From positions 1,426,001 through 1,490,000 of the forward strand of contig NC_043016.1 in assembly GCF_006345805.1 (NCBI RefSeq): DNA of 64,000 nucleotides, given 5' to 3'. Shown here piece after piece: positions 1 through 11,384 of the stretch. This DNA is from Octopus sinensis (Eukaryota). The notes beneath the pieces were generated by a model, which was given only the letters and a program-made list of their open reading frames with translations, did not search any database and was not told the origin of the DNA. Positions within the stretch are counted from its first letter, which is position 1. Each line of letters opens with the position of its first letter. The position numbers and the translations under genes are program-made.

Positions 1-159
1 GATAGCAAAATATTGCATTTTTTTACACATAAACGCGAGCAATGATAAATAAATAGATAGATAGATTGATAGATAGAGAGCATACACAAGTGGATTATAA
101 ATGCATAAATAATACATTTACACACGTGTGCTCACACACATATACATTTCCATACATGC

Positions 160-203
160 ATGCATACATACATACATACATACATACATACATTCATACA
201 TAA

Positions 204-257
<54 letters not shown>

Positions 258-400
258 AAGACGGTTTTTTTTCTCTATTTTGTTGCACACACGCATTTTT
301 ACTAATACATACGCGGTGAAGCTACACTTTAGCGTCGTATTTTTACGTTCGCTATTTCCAGTAAATATCGGTACTTTGTTGTGCCATTTATTTACTAATT

Positions 401-452
<52 letters not shown>

Positions 453-470
453 CGATATAGTGTATATTTA
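160..470. repeat. (TACA)n/(TA)n microsatellites
   Basis: Direct reading; ORF 160..471 is a low-complexity artefact. Confidence 0.95.
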
Positions 471-605
471 AACACATAGAGAATCCACTTATAGGAATTC
501 TACGCTTTAGAAAGAACAGCTAAGTTCTATTACCACAAAAAATTGGGGACAAAATTGGACAGGAATAATTTGGAAATGAAAAACATTTACCATCTTTTTT
601 AGCTA

Positions 606-690
606 TAAATCCACTCACAAGGCTTTAATCGGCTTCCGTGTAGTGGGACTAAACCTGCGACTATGTGGTTGGGTAGCAAGTTTCTATATT
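606..690 (-). mobile_element. tRNA-derived SINE fragment
   Basis: AATCCACTCACAAGGCTTT...GTGGTTGGGTAGCAAG matches SINE copies at 29.5, 39.7, 57.9, 61.6 and 63.0 kb. Confidence 0.65.
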
Positions 691-859
691 TCATGAAAAT
701 TGGCCATAAAGCCCTTACACAGAGGGAACAGCACAAGGTGGGGACAAAAGAAAAAAAAACGAAATGGAATGAATGAAATTATATAATGAAGGATGAAATG
801 AAGTCGCTCGGCCCCACCTACGGGCGACGTCATTGAACCCTTTGCAACACCATTTGAAT

Positions 860-1640
860 TTTCATTTGCAACCAACTTTAGAATATAATTACACATTTAT
901 AACACCGCGGAATTTTTCGCTCCACTCAAACTTTCAAAAGAGTTTCACACACTAATATATTTTCTTCCATCTTTTCCAGGTTCTCCTCCACAACATGTTC
1001 AAGTCTTTGTTCTCTCCAATTCCTTTGGGGCGTTATGTTGGCCTGCCGGACCACCACCTTTTCCTCCATATCCAGCAGTATGGCAGCCACCAACCAGGCT
1101 ACATTCACTTCTGGTGGTATGTCTTCCACCCGAAACTTGGAAGGCTTCCCAAGGTACATGGGTAGAAGCACCACCTCATCTGTCTTCAACGGTGTGGCCG
1201 AGTACAGTTTAGCAGTTGCTATCTCTTTAAACTGCACCTCCACTGTTCCATATTTTCGTCATCTAACAAGGCATGCTATCTCCTGCCAGACTGACTTCAG
1301 CGCCTTTTCCGCCTGTGCCTCCGACACTACTTCAGTTTTCCTTGTTGCTGTAGCGTAGGTTCTATAGACAATCGTCCTTTCTTCCTTGTCCTTTAATACT
1401 TGGGGGGGGGGGAGAACACTTTCACATCGTCCCCCTCCCTTTCAAGCATTCCCTTGAACTCACTCAACTCTTCTACGTCGATTTCTTCAATTTTTTCTCT
1501 AACCGCCGCTGCATAGTTCCTTTTCTCCATTTCCTTGTCCATCCTGTTTAATTATTCAACTAATTCCTCCTCAGACGAATCACATTCTAGGGAAGAATAA
1601 CTCAACTTCTCCCAACTTATCGCTCGACGCGCTTCCATTA
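860..1640 (-). pseudogene. Decayed gag-like ORF1 of an L1/Tx1-type non-LTR element
   Basis: Reads MEARRAISW...ERTIVYRT...VEDIPPEVNVAWLVAAI...V*VERKIPRCYKC (start of a CCHC knuckle) with stops and a frameshift; motif order parallels the ORF1 at 58.3-59.2 kb. Confidence 0.6.
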
Positions 1641-1745
1641 TATTAGAGGAAGAGCCAAAGACACGTGTGTACCAAACAAATCCAACAATGCAACTGAACA
1701 AACATAAATCGGAAGCAAGCTTCTTACCACACAGCCACTAATCCA

Positions 1746-1807
<62 letters not shown>

Positions 1808-1814
<7 letters not shown>

Positions 1815-4800
1815 TTAATGATCTCAAAATAGATTTCCAGTCGAAACCTTCTATTAGAATGATTTATCCTGCATTTGTACAGAATCACAAATCCATAATT
1901 GACAGAATTGTCCCTTTGGTTAAGAATAATGTTGCATTACCTTACGAAACTCTTTCCCTTAAAAAAAATCCACTAGATTTATACAGTTGATATTTCGAAT
2001 TACTATTCGTCATTTCCCCTATTTTGCTTAACAAAACTTTAATATACACCCGTCGGGCATAGATATCATTCTGGCTGCAAGGACGAGCTTCATCAATTAC
2101 GATGATCAAAATTGGGTAAGGACTGATTCCACAGGCCTATTCGATATAATGATGGGATTGTCAAACTCAGCGCAGATTACGGATTTAGTGGGCTTGTATC
2201 TCCTCGAGAAAATAAAATGTAGCTTCCCTAATCTCTATGGGGATTTATATAGGGACGATATTAACTTCAAAGTGGCTAATTTCCTCGATGTAACGTTAGA
2301 CTTGAACACCAAACTTTTCTACCCATACCGAAAACCAAATCAGTCCTTCTAACATATCAATGTTTCGTCTAATCACCCTAGCTCTACTATTAATAGCATT
2401 GTAATTGCTATCTCTATTAGGGTGTCAAATCTATCCGCTAACGAGGAAATCTTCAATCAACACACCCCTATATATAATAATGCCTGGAATTAAGTGGGTT
2501 TAATAAAAGTATCTACTATATACCAGATACTAAATTAATATTGATCCTAACAATAGCATAGGTATAAGCAAACTAGGTCAATTAAATGATACTAGCATAA
2601 ATCAACCGTATATTAAATGCTTTAGACCGAAAAATCATAGGTATCATAATAATCATAATAATTGTAAGTATAAACCTCCTACTGCCGAGACTTCTAATAC
2701 AATTAGAAAGTCTAAATCCAGAACATGTGAAGTTATTTGATTTGCTCCTCCTTTCTCACTTAGAGTTAAGAAAATACTTAGATTATTTTTTAAAATCCTA
2801 CAATCGAACTTCCCAAAGCATCACAAATATTACGCCATTTGTAATAAATCTACTGTAAAATTTTCGTACTCGGTAATGCCTAATTTGGGAACAATGATAG
2901 TTTTTATAAATAGGAGTAAAATTAAATGTATAATGAATAGGGTCAACACTAGGGTGACTGATGAGAATAATTTAGGGAAATGACTATGTACTAGTGAAAT
3001 TAAGGATATAGCTAAAAACAAGGACAACAATAGTGCAACTAATAATAATGCTTTAGAACTAGCACTACGTACTAACGGAAGTAAGTGTAATGTTAAAGTA
3101 TCGACCTTAAATACTAACGCAACAAATAATAGTCATCAAACTTTAATGTATTTAAAATCAAGGACCTTTCCAGTGTCGTACATTACTGCAAAGTGAAAAT
3201 ATTTGCTGATGACACTAAGCTCCTGCAAATCATCAATGAAGAAGCAGACCGAGCTCAACTCCAGTCTGATCTATATGCTGTGAGTCAATGGGCAGACAGA
3301 AACAAAATGCAACTGAACGAGGGAAAATTTGAGCTGATGCATTTTGAAAGAAATTCCTCACTAAAACATCCATACTATCTTCCTTCAAGGGAACCGCTCA
3401 CAGCCTCTATCAATATCAGAGACCTGGGTGTAATTGTTGATGACGATCTCAGTTGGAGTGCACACATCAACAATAAGGTCGATATAGCTCGTAGGATGAG
3501 TTCCTGGATCTTAAGAACTTTCCGGTCCAGAGAACAAAGTGTCATCATACCACTTTTCTCTTCCTTTGTACGGCCACACCTCGAATACTGCTGCCCACTG
3601 TGGTCTCCCCATACAAGACAAAACATCTCGAGGATTGAATCACCCCAGAGGGCACTTACTAAACGAATTGGAGGCATGGTTTCTCTCGATTATTGGGACC
3701 GCCTTAAAGCCTTGGAACTCTACTCTCTCCAGCGTCGCCGTGAGCTGTACTGCTGCCCACTGTGGCCTCCCCATACAAGACAAAACATCTCGAGGATTGA
3801 ATCACCCCAGAGGGCACTCACTAAACTAATTGAAGGCGTGGTTTCTCTCGATTATTGGGACCGCCTTAAAGCCTTGGAACTCAACTCTCTCCAGCGTCGC
3901 CGTGAGCTGTACATCATTTGTACGATGTGGAGAATATACCGCCAACTTTGCCCAAACGACCTGAACATTAGCTCCAAGGTTCATCCAAGACTGGGATCAC
4001 GGGCCATACATCCCCTGCCCAATTCAAGATCACATCATACATGTACACTGCAACATAATTTCTTTTCCTCAACAGGCCCTGCCCTATTTAACATTGTCCC
4101 GAGGGCGATCAAAGAGGAAAAGGATCCCATCAACTTTAAACGGAGTCTGGATAGATTCCTTCAAGGAATACCAGATAAGTCACCCATAATTGGATACAAC
4201 TCACCCAACAAAAACTCACTACTTGAATGGACCATAAACAAAACTAGACTTAAACAGGATTTAGATAATCTTATCAGGTGGTGCTATTAAGTTAGACATA
4301 GTCTGGACCAATCTTTGGTCGAAACATATCTAAGTTTTATCTAAGTTTACCATATCCCAATCTAATGATATTAATAATGTTAGTAATATAGATAATAGTA
4401 GTCGCCACTGAATAATATTTCTAACTTCAGAGCCCCCAAAACCTGTCCGCTTCCAGTATCATGTCTTCGATACAGTGTTCTGTATAAATGTATTGGTAGC
4501 GTACCCAATAGACAAAACAAGATATATATATAGGTTGTATGATAGATTTCAAAAGGAGATATAGGGCCCATCTAGATTCCTTTTCAAACCCTAATTATAA
4601 GAATTCCACTACCTTAGCGGCATATATAAATAAAATTAGGGATAGTAACTTGCCTTATGAACTGCCATGGTCCATAATTGCGAGGGCTCCCTCATATGGT
4701 ACTGATTCAGACAGGTGTACATTGTGTATAAGGGAATTATATATAATCCTTAAATTATATAACGCTAATATATTAAATAAGTTTTCAGACGCGATCCGTT

Positions 4801-4865
4801 ACTGTTGCTATGAATTTCACCCTACATTTCTAAAACCTGTAAAATTAGATCTACTAGCAAACTGA
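1808..4865 (+). mobile_element. Naiad-type Penelope-like element (RT + GIY-YIG), decayed, split by a LINE at 3163-4348
   Basis: RT motifs TLNDLKIDFQSKPSIRMIYPA, FDIMMGLSNSAQITDLVGLY and LYRDD (1.8-2.4 kb); GIY-YIG region VLYKC...IYIG...FKRRYRAH...CTLCIRE (4.44-4.86 kb). Confidence 0.8.
3163..4348 (+). mobile_element. 5'-truncated CR1-group LINE (RT C-terminal half, ORF 3193..4290)
   Basis: FADDTK, DLGVIVD and RPHLEYCCPLWSP motifs; 3' tail of ATCTAAGTTTT repeats; same family as 51160-54810. Confidence 0.92.
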
Positions 4866-5659
4866 ATTAGAACAATGTTTGTTGTTATAATTATGATTCC
4901 CCAGAATTTGGATTCTTCCGCTCATACAAACATGGGATCATCTGCATACGAACTGTAAAACATTTTATTAGGAACTCTTGATTCTGCTTTAGGAGAATAA
5001 TGCTCGCCATCTTTCTGGTCAGTCGTTTTTGACCACAGTGTGATGGAAGGGGTTTGTGTTTTTCAGACTTGCTGTTATTACTACTGAAATCTGTTGTTCA
5101 AGCGACTTACACGTACTTGTTTTTGCTGTTTTTCTCGACAATTGTGGGTGAGAAAAAATTTAGCCTTTTCGGTATGGAGAGCTGTGCAAGGACCGCTGCG
5201 GCGAGGACAGCTTCGCTGCTGGAAGTGAGGCTGATGGAGGTTGAAATCGAAGAGGTTTGGGGAAGTGTGCTACTTCTGCAGAGGGAGGGAGACACTATGA
5301 AACTGGTCCCTCCGCGGGAGACGGTGTCACCGTTGCCCACATATGGGGGGAAGGCGCAGTGTTCGAGTTGGGGTTGCAAGAGTGCCACCCAAAATCAAGA
5401 CAGAGTGGTTGGTAGCAGCTGTTTTGTCTGCCACTGAAGACAAATCTTGTTTTTCTATGGTTTTCTCTATTTTCTAATTATTTGCATTGGTTCCTGATAA
5501 ACTTTTGTTTATCCTGTTGTCACCTGCATTCTACGTGTATGGTGTGACTGCACACCAATGCCCGGGGATATTACAGATAACAGATACTGATAGTGTATAC
5601 GGATATTTTATCACTTAGTCGGTTACTATAACCGCTAACTCTGTTTCTCTCTCTTCTCC

Positions 5660-6100
5660 TCTCACGTGACCGCTGGTCAACCAGCCTTTCAGCTTCTAAC
5701 CAGCGCCATGAGAACATCGTTGTCTTCGTCTGCCGAAAAAGGCATTTTTTCCAAATACGCCAGCTAAACTAAGTTGTACTGTCTATTAGTCGTAAGCCAC
5801 CCGCTGTTTTTGTCCTGTTATTACTATTATTGTTTTTTGTATTTTATATTCGTGTGGCATCGTCCGTTTTTCTGTCTCTGTTTCGTATACATTCGATCAT
5901 TTTCCCAAGAAATCTAATGCTTTGTAGCTTAGTTTTTCCTTGGAGCTGGCCGGATCGGAGCGATCTCAAGATTAATCAGCCGAAATTGCGAGGATGATCC
6001 GGTTCTTGACTGAAGATTGAAGGCTTCGAATGTCCCTTCCGAGTTTTTTGTATCGTCTTCTAAATGTTTTACGTTCTTGTCCCAGTTTGTATTTTTCTAC
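5660..6100 (+). repeat. Unclassified non-coding repeat, homologous to 55930-56400 (-)
   Basis: Shared blocks CTGCCGAAA, CCAGCTAAA, TTTCGTATACATTC, TAGCTTAG and GACTGAAGATT..GAATGTCCC in the same order. Confidence 0.65.
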
Positions 6101-6119
6101 ATTTAATATATATATATTT

Positions 6120-6345
6120 TTCTCTACTACCCACAAGGGGCTAAACAGAGAGGGGACAAACAAAGACAAAGGGATTAAGTCGATTACATCGACCCCAGTG
6201 CGTAACTGGTACTTAATTTATCGACCACGAAAGGATGAAAGGCAAAGTCGACCTCGGCGGAATTTGAACTCGGAACGCAACGACAGACGAAATACGGCTA
6301 CGAATTTCGCCCGGCGTGCTAACGCTTCTACCAGCTCGCCGCCTT
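6120..6345 (-). mobile_element. tRNA-derived SINE with tail matching the 71-bp satellite monomer
   Basis: Reverse strand has B-box GAGTTCAAATTCC, core GTCGACTTTGCCTTTCATCC and tail TTGTTTGTCCCCTCTCTGTTTAGCCCCTTGTGGGTAGTA. Confidence 0.85.
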
Positions 6346-6841
6346 TCATATAATATATATATATATGCATACACACAAACGCCACCGCCTGGCCCTCTGT
6401 TATGACGACGTGAGTTCAAATTGATCCAATCAACAGAACAAACTGGTCTTGCGGAGTGGCTGAGTACTCCATAGACATGCATACTCTTAACGTAGTTCTC
6501 ATGTGTCTTGCTCAAGGATGCAACACACTCTCATGAATCGAACTCTGTCCTTACGACCGTGAGCCATACACCCCACCCACTAAGCTACGGATCTGCATAT
6601 ATGATATAGCAGGCCAAAATCATAATAGCCATTCCAGTTTTTAACATCTCAGCATTTGCTTTGTTTATAATCATATTGCTAAATGTGTTCAATGAAACAG
6701 AGGAGTGTGACCTCAAGAAGATATGACTCCTATTTCTGTAGCTCGAACAACCAAAATAAAAGCTTCCTCATTAACGCATTCTTCGTGTACTCTTGTCTGT
6801 GTTCTTCTGCTATTAATGTTATTATTATATGTTGCTGTTGC

Positions 6842-7280
6842 AAAGGCGGCGAGATGGCAGAATCGTTAGTATGCCGTGTTAAATGCTTAGCGGCATTTCA
6901 TCTTCTTTACATTCTGAATTCAAATTTTGCCGTGGTCGATTTTGTCTTTCAACTTTTCGGGGTCAATAAAATAAAGTAAGTACTAGTTGAACACTGAGGA
7001 GTCGATCTAATCGACCTATCCTTTCCCCGGCATTCTTTTCCTTGTGCCAAAATTTGAAGCCAATATTAACGACCACTGAAACTGCAAGGTGCCAGAATCG
7101 TTAGTACATCGGGCAAACTGCTTAGCGGCTATTTCCGTCTTTACGCTCTGAGTATAAATTCCGCCGAAGTCGACTTTCAACATTTCTGGTTTGATATAAT
7201 ACGTACCAGCTGAGCACTAAGGGAGTGATCTAATCGATCTCATCTGAAATTGCTGGCCTTGTGCCACAAATTGAAAGCAT
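6842..7280 (+). mobile_element. Two adjacent tRNA-derived SINE copies
   Basis: A-box TGGCAGAATCGTTAG, B-box-like GAATTCAAATT / GAGTATAAATTCC, shared 3' CTTGTGCCA(C/A)AA.TTGAA. Confidence 0.8.
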
Positions 7281-7689
7281 TACATGTTGGTGCTGTTACT
7301 TTTGAAATTGTTGTTCTACATTATATCGTTGAAACAAGTCCTTTTTTCTTAGAACCACTCCTCTCTCTGTTTTTTCCCTTCTCTTCTTTGTCTCCCACCT
7401 CTTTCTCTTACACAAACACGCACAACTTCAACGTTCAACGGAATGACTGATAACACGAAATAAAACCATTCACTTCCAAGTCAATACAATTCTTTGTATT
7501 AAAACGACACTCTATACTATTGTTGTATTTGTCTAATTCCTTATTAGATATTATTTCTAATTTACTTCACCGTTATTGTCTTGTCTCTCTCTGAAGCTGT
7601 TTGTCTATCTGTCTGTCTGTTTACCTGTCTCTCTGTTAGTGTCTCTCTCTCTCTCTCTCTCAGTCTTTTCAATACAGTATGTGTATTTA

Positions 7690-7720
7690 TAGTTCTTCTT
7701 CTTCTTCTTCTTCTTCTTCT

Positions 7721-7794
<74 letters not shown>

Positions 7795-7845
7795 TCCTTC
7801 TTCTTCTTCTTCTTCTTCTTCTTCTTCTTCTTCTTTTTCTTCTCC
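7690..7845. repeat. (CTT)n microsatellite
   Basis: Direct reading; explains the poly-K/R/S/L ORFs. Confidence 0.97.
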
Positions 7846-7889
7846 TTTTCATATACACACAATAGCTTAGACTGTTGAAGAAGAAAAAA

Positions 7890-10180
7890 TCTTAACATCG
7901 GTCTACAAACAAGTTACCTTAGATGCCAAGAACCCTCCTAAGTATACTAGCTGTCCCTAATAACACTATTTTCTGGAGCTGTACTAAACTGGGTTTTATG
8001 CCTGTTTGCTCTATCCATCTATTCAGATCTTCAGGAATAGTTCCCTATGTACCTATAACTACTAGAATACATTTTACCCGCACTTTCCATAGTCTCTATA
8101 ATTCAATGGCTACATACTGGTATTTTGTCATTTTTTCTATACCTCTCATATTGCATTTTTCCATCATTTGGGACTGTAAAGTCATTTATCTGGCACTTTT
8201 ATTCTCTTTAACTATTACTACTAAATCAGTCATTCTAGCTTCTAATACTCTATAAATCAGAATGTTAAAGTCTCACAAAATCATGTATTTATTACTTTCT
8301 AGTAATTTACTAGGTTCTTGTTCATACCATTTATCACTATCTTAAAATCCTAGCTTTTTACATCACTCCCAGTGTATTACTCTCCCTAAGTTGTTATGTC
8401 TTTTCTTGTATTTGTTCTGTCAGCATTATATATATTCACTTACTATATGAGTAACGCTTTCCTCTTTTGATTTGCATAACCTCCATTGAGAATCTACTTA
8501 ATTTTTCTCTATCTCGGCTTTTAGTCAATTAATCCTTAATGTTTGATCTTGTGCAGCAACTAACAAACTTCCTGTCTCCCGCTTCAGTTTTCCTATCTAC
8601 AAACATATTCATGTCTCACTAGTACTATTTGCTGCAACTATCCGTGGGAATCTACCATGCAACGCCTTCTCCTACCAGTCAGATAATTTCCTTTCTTTTT
8701 CTGGTTTTTAAGTTCGTTTGGGTTTTGGTTTCCATATGTTTTACTGTGATACTTGCAGCTTTCAATAAACTTTCTTCACTATTACCTATATAGGATTCTA
8801 TATCCACTCTAGCTAGCTCCACGCAGTCTTCTACTGATATTAACCTTCTTCCACCTGGCTTTCTAGGTAAGTATAATCTTGCTACTCCTACCCTTGGATG
8901 GAGTCTTCCATTCATATTGAATTCGTTTCTAGTTCTGTCTAGCTTTGTCTAATCTACAAAACCTGCTGAATATCTAGTAATGATCCTTCCTAATTATTTA
9001 CAGCCATTTAACTTTCAGACCATTTAACTTTGACTTCATTAGACTTCTCACCCTTCTGATGTACTCCTGAATTTTCGTTTTCATTTCTATAGTTAGTATT
9101 CTGTCAGATTCTGGCCATCTGATACTTTAATCATACTGCATCTCGATTATGTTTGGCTGGCTTATCCCAAATATTATTCCAGAACTTTCTGCATTAGGTT
9201 TCTCATCTTCAGTACTTCATTCTCCACTATTTATGTGGTTATAAAATCTCCTCTGGTCTGTCTCAAATAATTTAGTCTGTTGATACTGATCTTTTATTTG
9301 CTGATTTCTGGAGAGTCATGCCACTCCTATGACTAGCATCTTGTGTTTCCTAATTTGTTCAGCTTCCAGGCTTCTGTTCTACTCAGACATTGTTTTAAAG
9401 TCTTCACTTTATTTTGTAGCCTCCTTTTCCACATTTGCTCTTTTTTAATCTGTTAAATATCTAATCTTGTGACTACTGCCCCACCTGCACAAATCAATAA
9501 GTTTGTGTCTCTTATATTTTTAGTACTTGCCCTACTGATAACCGAATCTACCTTCCTAGTCATTTCTAGCAGCTTCCTTCTGTTGGTGCCTTTTAATGCT
9601 GGCAATCTTTTTCTTATTTCTTTACTCATTAATTCCTGCAACCCATCTGAATTTTCTGATCTTCCTCACTTAGATCATTTCAGTCGCTGGTGCCAGTTGT
9701 TCCTTCCTTATTGGCAGCCCAATTATTATTTCTTCCCTTAGGTTCTTCTTTGATTTTGGTTGTATCTCTTACGTTGTTTGTCTTTCCTACTACCTGGTTT
9801 TCTTTTCCAGTTTTCTTGCGATCTCTTCTTCCTTCAATTCTGTCATCCACTTTCTTCTCATAGCATTAGCTTGATCTACTAATCTCTGCTCAGTCATTTT
9901 CAGCATACGCTTCTCTACCCAAAGTGTCAACATCCGTTTCCGTAGCTCCTTTTAAGTTCACTTTCTAAGTAGCACTGCGTTACTATCCTGCTTCAATCGG
10001 TGGTCTACTTCCTCCTCTTTATTCCAACATTTGTTGATGCTGTATTAGAATAACAGCTGAAGTTAGTCTGCATCTTAACTGACCCACTGCCGAGCGTTTG
10101 GCCTTCCCTTAAAGTCCAGCTTCATTTTCACTGTTATAACCAGTGTTTCTTCGGAAACATTAAGTCATACTTTTCTTTCA
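7890..10180 (-). mobile_element. Decayed R4/Dong-type element, RT core apparently deleted
   Basis: N-terminal MTEQRLVDQANAMRR, FWNNIWDKP, post-RT LHPRVGVARLYLPRKPGGRRL and C-terminal QKIVLLGTASILRRVL; no RT catalytic motifs seen between them. Confidence 0.75.
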
Positions 10181-10264
10181 TTGTTTTTGCGGATTCTTAA
10201 TTCTTGCTTTGTGATGGTTTCAGATTTGCTCTATCTTCCCGGCAGCTCGCTGCCGCACGTGCAG

Positions 10265-10273
10265 GGTATTTGG

Positions 10274-10313
<40 letters not shown>

Positions 10314-10329
10314 GTCGTCGTCGTCGTCT

Positions 10330-10361
<32 letters not shown>

Positions 10362-10410
10362 TCCGTCGTCGTCGTCGTCGTTGTCGTCATCGTCATCGTC
10401 ATCGACATCG

Positions 10411-10450
<40 letters not shown>

Positions 10451-10496
10451 TATTATTATTATTATTATTATTATTGTTGTTGTTGTTGTTATTGTT
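10265..10496. repeat. Compound trinucleotide tract (CAT/CGT/TTA/TTG)
   Basis: Direct reading. Confidence 0.95.
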
Positions 10497-11350
10497 ATAT
10501 GAGCAGTTCCCATGAGCACTATCTTTTGAATTTCCAAATCTCACCCAGAGACCTCAAGAGACAACAGGTTGGATGTTCACGTTGTTGCCTAGTGTGCCAT
10601 ATATTTGGTTGTTTTTTGTGTTGTATTAGTGGATGTCTAAAAAAATATGTTTGTTTTAAACCATGAGATTACATAGAAAGTATTTTGCGTAGGATATGAG
10701 CAGTTCCCATGAGCACTATCTTTTGAATTTCTGTCATTTTGGGGTTTCCTGGTATCTGAGTTAGGTAGCGATCAGCCCCTTTTGCTATCATTCCCAGGGC
10801 ACCCTTGACAACAGGTATTGTTTTAGTCTTCAGGTTCCGCATTTTGCTGATTTCTATTTCCAGATCTTGATATTTGCTCAGTTTTTGGTAGGTCTTGACA
10901 GATACGTTTATATCGATTGGGACAGTCATATCAATGAGGAGGCATGTTCTTTGTCTGAAGTCTTTCAATATGATGTCTGGCCTATTTGCATCTATCTTTC
11001 TGTCAGTTTGAATGGTGAAGTTCCAGAGGAGTGAGATGTGGTCATTTTCAAGCACTGGAGGCGATTTGTGTTCCCACCAGTTTTTGCATGGGGCAAATCC
11101 ATGTTTTTGAAGATTACCCAGTGAATATATTGTGCAGCTCTATCATGCCTTTTGAGGTACTCTGTAGGCGCTAGAAGACTGCACTTGGAGACCACATAAT
11201 CAATGGTTTCATTTTGTTGCTGACACACACGACATGTTGGGCTACTGCCGTTCTTTAATATGTTGGCCTGGTAGTTTCTTGTTGGTAGATATTGATCTTG
11301 AGCTGCTATGATAAACCCCTCTGTTTCAGATTTTAAGCCAGAGGCCATTA
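10497..11350 (-). mobile_element. R4/Dong family B, 3' fragment (zinc knuckle + RLE endonuclease)
   Basis: GFIIAAQDQ, CRVC...H(Y)VVSKC, RPDIILKD...DMTVP...K.SKY; highly similar to 34516-35390. Confidence 0.9.
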
Positions 11351-11384
11351 GCCATTATTATTATTATTATTATTATTATTACTT

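Noticed and set aside
2958-2990. CTGATGA hammerhead candidate
   Set aside because: No stem II or stem I pairing; lies in PLE coding sequence.
5054-5437. Overlapping ORFs in a GC-richer segment
   Set aside because: No recognisable motif on either strand; probably a TE fragment that I cannot assign.
6842-7280. tRNA genes
   Set aside because: Only A/B-box-like heads followed by SINE bodies; no complete cloverleaf.
7562-10544. Poly-R/K/S/D/H ORFs (also at 25.4, 30.0, 33.6, 36.6, 42.0, 54.7 and 62.3 kb)
   Set aside because: They are translations of microsatellites.
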